From NCBI GenBank assembly GCA_951406725.2, contig OX597831.1:31124001-31188000 (forward strand): a stretch of 64,000 nucleotides of DNA, given 5' to 3'. Positions within the stretch are counted from its first letter, which is position 1; every line of letters starts with the position of its first letter. Under the pieces are notes generated by a model. The model was not told the origin of the DNA and did no database searches. It saw nothing but the letters and a program-made list of their open reading frames with translations. The position numbers were made by a program, and so were the translations under genes. The stretch comes from Octopus vulgaris (lineage: Eukaryota). Shown here in pieces: positions 37,613 to 52,249 of the stretch.

Positions 37613-39263
37613 ACATGACAGCTATTCAAAATACATAGGCTCTGCATTAAGTGTATTCCATGATTTAAATACATACTAACTTCGGAACAGATAAATACAT
37701 TTCAAAATCTTAAAAACACTGAATATAAGATGCATTATATCAATGTCTTTTTATAACAGACGCTGTGAGGAATGAAAAGTAAAATGAAACATTGACTTCG
37801 TAAATAAAATTTTAATGTTTTTCGAGTCTTTGAAGTTTTTCCATCATTGTGGAGAAGACTTATATGAATGCAAATCTATTTTGATTTCTTATTATCAAAG
37901 AGAGGAGAGCTTCCACATACTTTTGGAAGGAGTGAGGTTTGATATTTTCCAGTTGAAGAAAGATTGTACAACAGCTAACAACAATCTAGCACTAGTCAAA
38001 TTCTATGAAAACACTAACATTGAAAACCTTCATTTCGGCGACAATCACGTCCGTATACTTGAAACCAGGCCACTTGTGACAACTGGGACATACAAATTTG
38101 ATGGAGAATACCTCTATGCGACCTCTCACCAGCTAGAAATAGCTGTCATCCGTCTTTCAAAAGCCCCCTACAGTCACTAAAAAGTGGAGGACATTGGTAA
38201 ATATACTGCAGAAATGTCCTACAAATACGAGGAAGTCAAGACTGAAACACTTTCGATCATAGCTCTACTCACACAAGCCTGAAATGGAACAGAACAACAA
38301 CTGATTTGATTTGCAAATGCGAAAATTGTAAACTTCAAGACTCCAACTGTTATATTTACCAAACTTATGCGTCAATCTTCTCATAACTCACTATGCACTC
38401 CTACCAAAGACGAGGCGCATTAATTCACAAGATAAAACCTAGGCAGGAAAGCAGACATTATTTACATGTATTCCATTCAGAATTCCCTCAAAAATATACG
38501 ATTAATGATGGAATCATTAATACAATATTTTATAAACATATACTTAAGACATACCACTCGCAAAAAAGGGTAACCACGAGACTGATGATGTATTTTCGTA
38601 ATATTTAGTTGTATCTTATATCTTTTACTACGAGTTTAAAATCGTCGCTCTACTATGAACTGTCAATACATTTCTTTTGTTTCTATGTGCATTGATCATT
38701 GTTAGTCTTCCCATCTGATTAAAATACTCTGCGCTGAGGAGACCTTATAAAATCGAAGGGTTTATTATGATCTTTTGTAATCACTTCTGTCCATATTATC
38801 CAAACATTTCTATCGGCTGTTCTTATTTCAATTACTTCCCTTGATCGTTTCTTTTAAATTTGTAAAACTTGTTAGAGGAAGTTCGTTTTTGTCTCCTAAT
38901 TTGGTTGGATAACCTCAGTTATACTTGTTAGTTTATTACACCATCATACGAGCTTCGATTACATCCTTCATCAAACCATCGAATCATCCAATAAAAACGT
39001 CAGCCAACTCTCCATCCACCGTTCCAAATCAGCATGAGATACTCGTCTGTGTTAGCAATAGATCAAAGCAGGAATAAGCCTGTGAACTTCCGTTGCCATT
39101 ATTTCGATATTCCTGTGAATTATGATCAGAGGAGCCTAAAATTTCTCAACGATTATATAAGAAAACACGTAAACTTGAAATTCAAACACAACCTCTCTCT
39201 CTTACTCACACACACTCGTATCTACGCATGTACACGCACACATGTATATATCGAGAGAGCGGG

Positions 39264-39520
<257 letters not shown>

Positions 39521-39564
39521 TTTGAAAATATATGCGTAATTGTATTTATGCAATGTAGTGTATC

Positions 39565-39836
39565 TTTTATCGTTTATTTCAGTCTACGACCATGCTGGGG
39601 CACTGCCTGGGGGAATTTTAGTCGAACTAATCGACCCCAGTATTTATTTTCTTTTTTAAGCCTGGTACTTATCCTATCGGTCCCTCACTCCGATCATCTA
39701 GGTCACAAGGACATAAACACGCCAACACCGGTTGTGGTGGGGGTAACAAACACAAACACACACGCACACCGCACACACATACAAACACACATATACACAC
39801 ATGTGTGCACACACACACACACTCGCACGCACAAAG

Positions 39837-39890
<54 letters not shown>

Positions 39891-40345
39891 GTGTGTATGT
39901 ATGTATGTACAGTGGCGGACTGGGTCTAAAAATATTTGTTCCCAGGAGACTAACGGGGCCCACCCGCAACTACAATGCTATAATTCTTTTTTTTTTTTGT
40001 CTTTTTGTAGTTAAAAGTATTCTTTTCAACTGTTTACAAACACAGCCAGGCTGAAATAATTAAGGCCCCTTAGATACTAACATGGACCCTCATATATGGT
40101 TTCTAATGGCGCAGGGGCCCACTTACCATCGAGCAAGCTGGCAACCTGGCCAGTCCACCACTGTGCATGTATATATATACACGTCTCAATCCTCTTTCAG
40201 TTTCCATCTACCACATCCACTCACAAGGCTTTGGTCAGCCTGCGGCTCTAGTAGAAGACATTTTCCCAAGGTCCCACGCAGTGGGACTGAACCCGGAACC
40301 ATGTAGTTAGGAAGTATACTTTTTATCACACAGCCACACCTATGT
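39565..40345 (-). mobile_element. SINE family A, old copy interrupted by a MITE
   Basis: Tail ccatgctggggcactgcc at about 39590; head cacagccacacctatgtctat at about 40330. Confidence 0.8.
39910..40163. mobile_element. 254-bp hAT-type MITE
   Basis: TIRs cagtggcggactgg / ccagtccaccactg (13/14 match); 8-bp TSD tgtatgta / tgcatgta. Confidence 0.8.
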
Positions 40346-40581
40346 CTATGCACGTTTAAATATGACTAATATAATTGTATAGAATATATTTGTGTGCACG
40401 CCCGCAGCCTATTAATAATCTTCTTTCTTTGTATGGTGGGGGAATTAGATATATGAAAGTAAAAATCAAGTAACTGGGTCCTCCGTCAGCTTCCACGATG
40501 ACTATTCTGTTGCTAAATCAACTCAACTCCTGCCACGTCTATTTCTAGTGTGAGCGGTTGAGTTTTTCCACATTCATAAAT

Positions 40582-40715
40582 GCAGGCATTGCTGTGTAGT
40601 TAAGAAGCTCACTTAACAACCTCGTGTTTTCAAGTTCAGTCCTTCTGCACGGCACTTTGAGAAAATTTCTTCTATACTATAGTTTGTTGTCGGGCGGAAA
40701 CTGCGTAGAAGTCCG

Positions 40716-40754
<39 letters not shown>

Positions 40755-40787
40755 TGTGTTTGTGTGTGTGTGCGTGTGTGTGTGTGC

Positions 40788-40818
<31 letters not shown>

Positions 40819-41012
40819 TGTGTGTGTTTGATTTTGTTCCTTCCACCACAGGTGTTAGTTTATTTAAATCTCCGTAACTTAGCAGTTCTGCAAATGAGAC
40901 CAATAGACTAAGTGCCTGATTTTAAAATAAGGAGTGGGACTGATTTGTTCGACTAAGCTGCCAAGGCGATGCCGTAGCATGGCCGCTGTCCAGTCACTGA
41001 AACAAGGGAAAG
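40582..41012 (+). mobile_element. SINE family A, old copy
   Basis: gctgtgtagttaagaagct...ccgtaacttagcagttctgcaaatgagaccaataga...gcatggccgctgtccagtcactgaaacaag. Confidence 0.75.
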
Positions 41013-41876
41013 ACACATGGTTACTTTTAATGTAATTGCTAAAGCAGAATCAGTGTGTTACGGCGTATGATAAGGATGACTCTTTCAGTTACATACACCG
41101 TCCAACCGAAGTGACATTGACCTCTATAGCGTCTCTTTAATAGTGAGGGACTCTTATTTACGCAGGCCCTGCCTCCAGAATTTTACAGATTGAGTTGAAT
41201 GCATTCAGACACGTAGTTTGGCCATTCGTTAGACGCTATCAGTTATGAGCTTAACCAGTTTTGACGTATCTATGCTGCTTGTGTTAAATTTAGATTTGTG
41301 TTCTGACGCAAGAATTGCTTCTGTTAGTAATCGTCAATTTATGTGGGGAATTCTATAGGGAATGGACAATGAATATTATTCTACACAGATTCGTGTCCTG
41401 GTGTGTGATATAAGTATTTATAACTTTCAATTTTACAATAAAATTGTGTGTGTGTGTGAGTGTGTGTGAGTGTGTGTGTGTAAGTGTGCATGTGAGTGTG
41501 TGTGTGTGTGTGGAGGTGTGGAGGGATGAATGAATGGATGGATGGACAGACGGACGGACAGATGGATGTATAGTATGTATGTATATGTATAGTTATGTAA
41601 TACACACATACACACACACACACTCGCACAGTGTATAAAAATAGGACTATCTGTTTCGTATTTCACTCTTGGATGCTCACAATTGTGTGCAGGAGCAAAG
41701 GAACAGGCAACATTTATATGATCATTGTGTGGGCATTAGAGATGATTGGTCAGTCAGCGAGGTTAAATGTATTCTTAATTCGAAATCAAAACTCAGCATA
41801 CTTTGAATTAGAACTTCTACTGACTTCACGAACCAACGCACACCTTTAACGTCCCTTCATCGTATATCTACTGCAG

Positions 41877-42108
41877 AGGCGGCGAGCTGGCAGAAAGGTT
41901 AGCACGCCGGGCGAAATGCTTAGCAGTATTTCGTCTGCCGTTACGTTCTGAGTTCAAATACCGCCGAGGTCGACTTCGCCTTTTATCCTTTCGGGGTCGA
42001 TTAAATAAGTGCCAGTTACGCTCTGGGGTCGATATAATTGACTTATCACTTCTGTCTGTCTTTGTTTGTCCCCTCTGTGTTTAGCCCCTTGTGGGTAATA
42101 AAGAAATA
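41877..42108 (+). mobile_element. SINE family B
   Basis: Full match to the family; flanked by duplicated tatatctactgca (TSD). Confidence 0.92.
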
Positions 42109-42257
42109 TATATCTACTGCAAATTATTTTATTTTCTTAAACACTGACGTGAAAACAGCCATGAGCAGAAGCCCAGGGTTTACTATCATATTTTGATACA
42201 ATGAACATAATTTTCCACTCTACCAATATATCGATTTCTATGTTACATATGGCTTCT

Positions 42258-42565
42258 CTGTGCCCTTTTCAAGCCTATCCAAGGCTCATGGGTCCGGTTT
42301 CCCGGTTTCTGTGGCGTATGTGTTTCTCCAAGCTGAACGGGACGCCAGTCCATCGCAGCGTTACTCAAGAAACAAGGAAGAAAGAGTTAGAGAAAGTCGG
42401 GGCGAAAGAGTACAACAGGGATCGCCACCACCCCCTGCCGGAGCCTCGTGGCGCTTTAGGTGTTTTCTCTCAATAAACACACGCAACGCCCGGTCAGGGA
42501 ATCGAAACCGCAATCCTCCAGCCGCGAGTCCGCTGCCCTAACCACTGAGCCATTGCACCTCCACT
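42258..42565 (-). mobile_element. SINE family D (tRNA head + gcgatggactggcgtcccgt tail)
   Basis: Minus-strand head gtggaggtgcaatggctcagtggttagggcagcggactcgc...ggtttcgattcc; homologous to 44582-44873. Confidence 0.85.
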
Positions 42566-42662
42566 ACATATGGCTTGCATTATGTAAAATATGCATTTGT
42601 ATATACTTTACAACACTTATATTACAATTTGCTTGCAATTGTGTGTGTGCGTTTGTGTGTGT

Positions 42663-42718
<56 letters not shown>

Positions 42719-43109
42719 GTGCGTGCGTGTGTGTGTGCTGGCCATTGTTTTATTTTTTGGGGATTCTCACATTAACATTATCTTTCGTGAATCTGGAAAA
42801 TTTTGCTGAATCCATCTCGATACATGGATCGTATTGGAGAAAAAGAGGTTGAGAAGTTGAGCGAGAGAAAACGATCTCACTGTCGAACCGTGATGCTAAT
42901 CTAACCACAAGAACTAACTACTTGTTACTATGTGGCTTCTGGTAACTTTAACTGATCTCTGTCAATCTCTCGCCTCAAATTGATTCCTGAGCAATTATCT
43001 GATGTGGGCATCGAATTGCGCCTGCATCGTAAGTTGTATATTTTGCCATTGTTGTGTATGTTGTTTGTGCATATTAAATAGAAAGATAGGTGACGTAAAA
43101 AAAAAAAAT

Positions 43110-43165
43110 CAAGGAGGAGGAAGAGGAGAAGAAGAAAAGGAGGAGAAGGAGAAGAAGAAGAAGAA

Positions 43166-43209
<44 letters not shown>

Positions 43210-43263
43210 TGGTGATGATATTGATGGTGGTGATGATGATGGTGATGGTGGTGATGATGGTGG

Positions 43264-43295
<32 letters not shown>

Positions 43296-43500
43296 GTGAT
43301 GGTGATGATGATGGTGATGGTGGTGATGATGATGATGGTGATGGTGGTGATGATGGTGATGATGGTGTTGGTGGTGATGGTGATGATGGTGATGATGGTG
43401 ATGATGGTGATGATGGTGATGGTGATGATGGTGATGGTGATGATGATGATGATGATGCTGATGGTGATGGTGATGATGATGGTGATGGTGATGATGATGG
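43110..43500. repeat. (GAA)n followed by (GAT/GGT)n trinucleotide arrays
   Basis: Direct reading; explains the poly-K/M/V/H ORFs. Confidence 0.95.
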
Positions 43501-43819
43501 AAAGAAAGAAAACTCTTGTTTTGGGAGCAGAGATGTTGGATAATACGTTGTATAGATATGTTGTATAAGGCGGTCGGGTGTACTTTGAGGGAGACATAAC
43601 GATTTCCAGCCAGTCGGGCGACCACATAAATGTTCATTCGTTGTTTGGCTCCATAGTAGATCCTTCGTTTACAAAGGTGATGTGCGTATAACTGCTATAC
43701 TGAGAGAAAACTATTGAAGAGAAGGATGACTGGTAAGGAGAGAGAGGAGAGTGACTGCAGAGAGGGAAGAGTGAATGTAGAAAGGATAGTATTTTTAGAG
43801 AGTGAGGTGATTTAGAAAT

Positions 43820-43983
43820 AGTTGCGTGGTTGTGTGGTAAGAAGCTTGCTTTCCAACCACATGGTTCCGGGTTCAGTCTCACTGTGTGTTACTTTGGACA
43901 AGTGTCTTCTACTATAGCCCCAGGCCAACCAAAGCCTTGTGAGGGCATTTGCGAGTGAATATATACGACTGGAGCCCGTCGTA

Positions 43984-44014
<31 letters not shown>

Positions 44015-44235
44015 GTGTGTGTGTGTGTGTGTCCTTGTGTCTGTGTTTGTCCCCCCGTTACCACTGCTGTCAACCGGTGTTGGAGTGTTTACGTCCCTGT
44101 AACTTAGCAGTTCGGCAATAGAGAACCGATAGAATAAGTACTGAGGTCGGTTCGTTCGACAAAAAAAGTTCTTCAAGGTTGTGCCCTAGCATGGCAGCAA
44201 TCAAATGACTGATACAAGTAAAAGATAAAAGATTA
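43820..44235 (+). mobile_element. SINE family A
   Basis: Match to the family consensus; followed by (GAA)n at 44243-44340. Confidence 0.85.
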
Positions 44236-44581
44236 ACTGTAGAGAAGAAGAAGAAGAAGAAGAAGAAGAAGAAGAAGAAGAAGAAGAAGAAGAAGAAGAA
44301 GAAGAAGAAGAAGAAGAAGAAGAAGAAGAAGAAGAAGAAGGATTGCAGAGAGGAAGAATGACCATAAAATAAATTGATTGTAAAGAAAGGCGAGTGTCTG
44401 TACAGAGAGAAGAATGGTAGGAAGAGTAGAGAGTGGATGTAGAAAGGGTGAAGTAGATTAGAGAGCACAGAGAGAGTGTACAAAAATTAAATTGGGAAAG
44501 GAGATAGACTATAGAGAGCGGATAGTTACCTTAGAAGGAAGTGATCGTCGTGAAGGGTTAGGGTTGTACATAGTAGAGCTT

Positions 44582-44873
44582 AGTTCCTTCTGAAGCCATG
44601 TCTGGCTCATAAGGACCGGTTTCCTTGGCGTATAGGTTCCCCACCTGGACGGGACGCCAGTCCATCGCAGGTGAGCTGCAAGATGCAGGAGGAAAGAGTG
44701 AGAGAAAGTTGTGGCGAAAGAGTCAGCAGAAGTTCACCCTTACCTTCTGCCGGAGCCGCATGGAGCTTAGGTGTTTCGTTCATAAACATTCACATCGCCC
44801 GGTCTGAGATTCGAACCCGCGATCCCTCGACCGCGAGTCCACTGCTCTAACCACTAGGTCATGTGCCTCCACA
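44582..44873 (-). mobile_element. SINE family D
   Basis: tRNA head with A/B boxes on the minus strand; flanked by duplicated agtagagcttagt (TSD). Confidence 0.88.
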
Positions 44874-45552
44874 GTAGAGCTTAGTATAGAGAGTGAAGAC
44901 TAGCTGCACAGAAGCGAGATATCTGTGAATAATTGACAAGACTATTCAGAGAGTGAACCATACATTCAATTACTATGAGAGAAAAAAAAATGCAAAAACG
45001 TTTCGGGCTTTGGCCTTTTGGCTGAGAGGCAGAAATAAAATGTGTCTTAGGGATTATGTGCATGAAGGAAGCAGATTCCCTTCGCTAGTGTAAATTCAGC
45101 AATATATTGTCGGTAGAATTTAAGTAACATGCTGTAGAACATTATACAAATTGATTATTTCAATACACCATCGAAGAATTAATTTTCTAAAATAATTTCG
45201 ATGCTGTAATTACGGGAGAGAATAAATGGTCCTGTCATCACCAATTAATTTTGACTTAGGCTAAATATATATTGTGTTGTGGAATTAACTAATCTATATG
45301 TTCTATGAACGTGTAAGGCAATTTTCCACATGCTGCTCTTGCTAAACATACATCAACAAATAAGTATTTTAAGTTATACATTTTGATATAAAAGCATCTT
45401 TTTGTCTTTTATTTGCGCAATAACGATTCTGTTTCAGCAACGTTAGGTTTTACGAAAAACAAATACATTTTTTTCATTCCATTCTATAATATTTAGCAAG
45501 CCTTTTGAAACTTGTAGCACAGATAGAGTTAATTAATATTCAATTTCAAACA

Positions 45553-45770
45553 AAGGCAGCGAGCTGGCAGAAATGTTAGCACATTGGGCAAGCTGCTCAG
45601 CGGTATTTCGTTTATCTTTTCGTTCTGAGTTCAAATTCCACCGAGGTCGACTTTGCATTTCATCTTTTCGGCATCGATAAATTAAGTACCAGTTGCATAC
45701 TGAGGTCGATCTAATCGACTGGCACCCTGCCCCAAACTTTCGAGCCTTGTGCCTAGAGTAGAAAAGAATG
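45553..45770 (+). mobile_element. SINE family B, alternative-tail form
   Basis: ggcagcgagctggcagaa...gccttgtgcctagagtagaaaag; flanked by duplicated ttcaatttca. Confidence 0.88.
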
Positions 45771-45977
45771 TTCAATTTCAGACCATTCGCAACGGGTAGA
45801 TGAGAGTAAAGGTATCAGTGAATGGAGATAATTCCAGAGAGTTAACCAGTGAAAAAGCCCAAATGTTTATATCTTAAGAAAGAAAAGTGTAACTTGATTG
45901 AGATTTGGCTGCAATTTTCAGCAGTTCAATTGACCGCATAGAGCCTCTCTGGTTGGTTGGTTATTATTATTGCCTCT

Positions 45978-46082
45978 CCTCCTTTCGGGGTCGACAAATT
46001 AAGTAACAGTGAATCACAGGGGTCATTACATCGACTAGTACCTTCCCCGAAAATTTCAGGCCTTGTCCCTTTAGTAGAAAAC
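45978..46082 (+). mobile_element. SINE family B, 3' fragment
   Basis: cctttcggggtcgacaaattaagtaacag...ggccttgtccctttagtagaaaa. Confidence 0.7.
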
Positions 46083-46108
46083 ATTATTATTATTATTATT
46101 ATTATTAT

Positions 46109-46556
46109 TGAGTGAGAGAGCAGTGCATGCCATTAAAGTGACACTGGGGTAAAATATACGAAGACCAGTATACCCATCATTACTACCCTTCTGATAAGGG
46201 TACACCAGGCACATGCATCACAACCATATGTGCGCGACATGATGATCTCATATCAAGATAAACAGCGCATGACCTTGCATGTGGGGCCCAGTTAGAATTT
46301 TCTTCTCGTCGAGTAGCCCATCCTGCTCAAAAGGTACCCGAACAAGGATTGTTTAAGGGTGTTGAACGAACCACCCATGTTTCCAAAGGTAAATTATCCA
46401 AACCTCTAAGAATTCCTTTCAACACACGGCTATGATGCTCCCCGATTACTTCTGCTCGTGGTCAGAGATGCACATATCGTCAGCCACTAAGGGACATGGT
46501 CAATTGGTTATGGTCAAACAACTGACAAACAAATCTGTGGTATTTAGCAGAATATT
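46109..46556 (-). mobile_element. Element F: ~450-bp non-coding repeat ending in (TAA)n
   Basis: Collinear with 57000-57458 and 58726-59243; abuts (TTA)n. Strand is inferred from the tail. Confidence 0.85.
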
Positions 46557-46559
46557 TTT

Positions 46560-47080
46560 TTAAGATGGCAGGATGCAATCTGAGAGAGAAGTAACTGTTA
46601 TTTCTTGCAGGCCACCCCTCTTTACTTCGGACGCGTGTAAGTATTTTTGTTGCTATTTACTCCCAGGTTACCTCTCCTCGAGTAGACCTATGATCAAAAA
46701 TGTTCCAACTGTGACCGTTCCGCCTTTTACTCATATAGAATGTTTCCAGGACAGCATTTTCTACAGGGCTCATCCCTTTTTCCAAGATTGCTATTTCTTG
46801 CAGATCTACCGACCACATAGACTTCCCACGTGACATCGCTCGAGTGAGGATTTCTGCTTTTGTTGTTGATTTTGCTATTGTGTACCCACCAAGGTTAGCT
46901 CTAAGTATAACCCTATAATCAAAACTATTCCATCTGTGACCATCCCATCTTTTATTCATTCAAATATAATGAATCCAGAACTTAATTCCCCAGAGAGTCC
47001 TCTCTTTTGTTTAATGACAACCAGGGTATGATTTGAGGAAGATGTCACTGTTCTTTCTAGCAGACCAAGTGAACATATTG
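46560..47080 (+). repeat. Old unclassified dispersed repeat pieces
   Basis: Motifs gatttggctgc.atttctagcagg and ctat(g/a)atcaaaa.tgttcca.ctgtgacc recur at about 45895, 46570, 46690, 46915, 47025, 61220 and 61600, and inverted at about 49560 and 54200. Confidence 0.4.
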
Positions 47081-47533
47081 GTAAACCATCATTAACTCGG
47101 TCACATGCTGGTTGTTTCTATGGCATTTATTAGTAAAATGGTTAAACTCTAGCGCTGCCATTTTTTTTCTATCTTTTTTTTCCGAGTTGCTCTTTAGCTA
47201 GTTGCATTTTGTAATTAGGAAAATGGCGAGGTTAGCTCATTCATCATTGACAATTCTTTGCCAATCGTTGTATCGGCTTTTACTGAAATTATTTGAGTTG
47301 TAGCATCGATAACAATTTGTTTTGTGCATTACCTACCTGATTGTAAATTTTAGATTCTCTTACTATTTTACTTTTCCGCTGCAGCTAACTTGCTGGCTGG
47401 CTGGTTGGTTGTTTGGCTGGAGGTCTGGTTGGCTAGCATACTGGTTGGTCTGCTGGCTTGATAGATAGATGGCTAGGTCGATAAGCAGATATGTGTGTGC
47501 GTGCGTCCATGCGGGTGCACGTGTGTGTATGAT

Positions 47534-47576
<43 letters not shown>

Positions 47577-48006
47577 GTACATGTGGAGGGGTGTTTGTAG
47601 TGAAAATATATAATAAAAACATCTATGCATATAGATCCAAAGTGCAGCACGCTTCATTTAGTATCTTGAAATTACTTTGCAAATTTTATGTATATACTTG
47701 TGTATTTATCTGTTATGTATAAACATATAAATTATGTATGCATACGCATATATTTAGCTAGATATCATTTACACATGTATATGTGTGTATATATATATAA
47801 ACATATATGTATTTTTGTGTGTATGTGTGCCTGTGCGTGTATGTATGTGTATATGTATATATATATATATATATATATGCATGTAAATATATATATGTAT
47901 ATATATATGCATACATAATATATATATGCATGTAATATATATATGTATATATATATATACATACATATATATATGCATATATGTATATATATGCATATAT
48001 ATATAC

Positions 48007-48038
<32 letters not shown>

Positions 48039-48091
48039 GCATACATATATAGATATATGCATATATGTATATATATGCATATATACATATA

Positions 48092-48135
<44 letters not shown>

Positions 48136-48136
<1 letters not shown>

Positions 48137-48181
48137 CTAATTTGAGCTCGAGAGCTGCGGTCATGCCGGGCTACCGCCATT
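48136..48181 (-). mobile_element. Isolated 3' tail of CR1-group family 1
   Basis: Minus strand ggcggtagcccggcatgaccgcagctctcgagctcaaattag. Confidence 0.65.
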
Positions 48182-48353
48182 ATATACATGTATATATGTG
48201 CGTGTCTGTGTCTGTGTCTGTGTGTGCATGCATGTGTGTGTGCGTGCGCACATGTGTGCATGCGTGCGTGCGTTTGTGTGTTTGTGTGTATGTGTAAAGA
48301 GAGCGTGAATAATGAGAGAAAAAAACGCGATGGCTAGATAGATAGATAGATAA

Positions 48354-48421
<68 letters not shown>

Positions 48422-48431
48422 GTAGGATAGG

Positions 48432-48524
<93 letters not shown>

Positions 48525-48839
48525 GCATGTCTATAAGTGTGTATGTCATTATGAATGTAAGATAAAAAATCTCAATGTTCAAAGCCAGTTAGTTTCAGCA
48601 CTGCTTAGCGAATAGGTTTAAACATTTATTACGAAATGATTAGTCACTATCAGTCATTCTCAGCTTGTGGGCGGCTACGTTGGCTAATAAAACAATCTTT
48701 ACGAGACTAAACGGGTACATAGTCGCCATTGAGTCGTGTATGTAATAATATTGAAACGCCTATCAGATCGATAATAAGCTAAAATAGTGAAAGAAAAAAA
48801 GGAGAGCGGAGAAGAGAGTAAATGTGAACGAATGAGAGA

Positions 48840-48857
48840 GGGAGTGAGTGGGTGGGT

Positions 48858-48906
<49 letters not shown>

Positions 48907-49470
48907 CGAGCGAAGAGGGAGGAAAGTGGAGGAAGAGAGACGGGGAAGGAGAGAGAGTGTGTGTGTGAGTGGGTGAGTTAGTATGTTAATGAGGGAGGGA
49001 GAGAGAGTGTGGGTGAGTGAGTGAGAGATAGAGAAAGGTAGTGCATGAGTGAGAGAGAGAGAGAGAGAGTGCATGATAGGGTGTGTGAGTGAGTGAGAGA
49101 GTGCATGAATTAGTTAGTGAGTGAGAGAATGCATGAATTACTGAGTGAGTGAAAGAGAGAGGGAGAGAGTGCATGAGTGATTGAGTGAGTGCGAAAGGGA
49201 GGAAGTGCATGACTGAGTGAGTGAGTGAGTGAGTGAGAGGGTGTGTAAATAAATGAGAAGCAGTGTGGGTGAATGAGTGAGTGAGTGAGTGAGTGAGTGA
49301 GTGAGTGAGTGAGTGAGTGAGTGAGTGAGTGAGTGAGTGAGTGAGTGAGTGAGTGAGTGAGTGAGTGAGTGAGTGTGTGAGTGAGTGAGTGAGTGTGTGA
49401 GTGAGAGAGTGTGTGACTGTGTGAGTGAGTGAGTGAGTGAGTGAGTACGTAGGCAAGTGAGTGAAGGAGT
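48840..49470. repeat. (GT)n/(GAGT)n array with recurring gtgcatga units
   Basis: Direct reading. Confidence 0.9.
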
Positions 49471-50547
49471 GGGTGTCAGAATGAGTGGGTGGCAAGAGTG
49501 AAGAAAGTTGCGCGGGTGTATGAAGTAGACATAAGAAAGCAAGCAAACGGGAAAGCCGTCTACGCGGTCATTTGATAAGCTAAAAATAGCAGTCGAATGC
49601 CCTTTAAATCGCCGACTGCCGTCTAAAAGACACAAGAAGGAGCGTTTTAGATAATCTAGTTCCATACATGCTCCTAAAGAGAATTGATGCTCGTGGTTGG
49701 AATACTTACGGTCATAGACCCCTGTTGGATGAAGTTTGATTTGTGTGAGAAAGGTAAGGTTAAACAACATCCCTCACTAACAACAACAGCGATAACAAAA
49801 ACAATCATCAGAGAAACGAAATATATAAAAACAAACAGAGGAAGAGAGAAAAAGAGGACGAGAGAGAACGTGGGTAGTGGAGATGGTGGAATGGAATACA
49901 TGAATCTATGGAGAAAGAGAGAAGAACATAGGAAATGAAAGAGAGATGAAATGAGGAAGTTTTGAAATGTGAAAGAGTACGTATTCGTTGCACACATTTA
50001 TATATATATGTGTGGTTGAATTAATAGTAATATTGATTTATTTTGTATTGGTACAAGAATAAGAAATGTTCAGGGGGAATTGCATAATCGATGGAAAATG
50101 ACTATCAATTGAAAAGAAATCGTAGTGTATTACTGGTATTTTAATCGATCTACTCCGACAGAAGAATGAAGGTGGCGGGGGGAATCTATTGCGTTGGGGT
50201 AGATGTTTTACTTTTCATTCTTCCGCCGGAAGAGCTACATCAGCAAATCGATGGACCGACCGACAGACTGACCGACAGACCGACTGACCGACAGACCGAC
50301 CGACCGACCGATAGAAAGACAGATAGACAGATGGATGGATGGATGTATAGATGGATAGATAACTAGATATATAGATACAGAGTGTGTGAGAGAGAGAGAG
50401 AATGAGTGAGTGAGAGAAAGATGGATAGATCAATAAATACAGGTAGACAGACAGGCAGGCAGGTAGGTAGGTAAGTGGGTAGGCAAGCAGGTAGGTAGGT
50501 GGGTAGCTAGGTAGGTATCTATTTATTTATCTAGCTAGCTAGCTAGC

Positions 50548-50629
<82 letters not shown>

Positions 50630-50641
50630 TTTTTCCTTCAT

Positions 50642-50955
50642 TTTTTTATTAGTTTCAGATTGCTGGCTGTAGCCATCCTGGAGCACTACTTAAACAATTG
50701 GTACTGCTTCAACAGTGTTTAATTTTTGGCGAATATGAGAGTTTGTTACCACTGTCTTTAGATGTGCTTCTTACTATGGCGTTGGTTCGTCCAGAAACGA
50801 AAATGGAAGGTTACCCAGAAGCTTCTTCAATCCATCTACATTCACACCATGTAAATTTCTGATTTTTGGCAAAATATTAAAAAGTTGTGGACTTTGAGCC
50901 CTAGTTTTCTGCAGTGTATGGTCATAATTTTCGATGAGGACGATGGGATCTCTGG
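50642..50955 (-). mobile_element. Old 3' fragment of a CR1-group LINE related to family 1
   Basis: PQLFNILPKIRNLHGVNVDGLK...LDEPT; tail gtgctccaggatggctacag...ctgaaac. Confidence 0.7.
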
Positions 50956-52207
50956 ACTATACAGTGATGATCAGTTCCGGGATCGGTATAGCCCTTGATG
51001 CCGCGGTTTGGAATAGCAAGTTAATACCCGCGTATGACGCGAACCATGTGTAGAATATTGGATATCTTTCTCGTTTTGCAGGAAGTATATCTTTAATGGT
51101 TTCACACATACGCATGCAAGCACAGGTACACAAACACATACACACATGCACATACACACGCATATATTCGAGTCCTCTGACAATTCTACGATTCCATCTG
51201 CACAGTTTGCAAATATTAATGGAACGGAAGGAAAGATTCGCATTTACCTTCAGACAGCTGGATTTAAGAATATAGAAAACTAAGAAAAAGTGGGGAGAAG
51301 AAGGAGAAAGAAAAGCAAGGGCTGTGGTGTGATAAAACAGACGTGATGAAATAGTAGAAGAGGGTTAGAGGAGAGACATCCTAGAATAGTGGAGAAATTG
51401 TGACGACTGAAGAGTATGCGAGGAAGATGGGATGTGGAGAGAGACAAACACTGAACTGAGAAAAATGGAGAAATACTGGGAGATATACAGCGGAGAATGG
51501 CAGAAAAAAAAGTCGTGAAATGGGACAGAAGAATATAGTGTGTAAAGTAATAAAGGGCTGAGATGGGAGAAATGAGAAAGAATGAAAAGACAAAAAGGGA
51601 GTGAGGGAGAAAAAAGTGGTGAAGCTTTCTGGAACATCTGGAGTTGTGTTGAATGGTGTAACAGAGAAGGAATATATGATAGGAGTTGTGAGCGAGAATA
51701 TTAAGGAAAACCCGAGAAGGGCAAATGTAAGTAGACGGTAGAGAATATCTTTGTGGCTTTAAGTATATGTGCGTACTTGTGTTTGTGTACGTATGCATGT
51801 ACGTATATATCTAAAAAAAAAGGTACTATGCATGACACGTAACCAAAGAACGGGATCAGTTTTGGGTTCCAGATTCCATTTCAATATCCAGTGTTGTACG
51901 ACGCGGCACATCAATTTGGGAATTGGCTTGTGTATAGAATACGGGACAAATAGAAATAGTAATGATATACAGAAAATAGGTATGGTGTTCAATGTCTTAT
52001 AAAACACATGTGTTTCAGCAAAATTCCGTAATAATTACATAACAGTTGCAGAATAATTATGGAATCTTGCACTTCACTCTATTGCAGAACACTGATGAGG
52101 TAAAATACAAGATGCATAATGTTTTCAAAAATGTTATGCAATTATTACCGCATTTTGTTGAAATGCTTGCATGTCCTATAAAGCATTGAACATCGTACCT
52201 GTTTTCT

Positions 52208-52249
<42 letters not shown>

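Noticed and set aside
37815-38180. 121-aa non-repetitive ORF
   Set aside because: No recognisable motif. It may be a decayed TE ORF1 but cannot be assigned.
44790-44873. tRNA-like cloverleaf with A/B boxes (also 42490-42565 and 17024-17097)
   Set aside because: These are SINE heads continuing into a repeat body, not tRNA genes.
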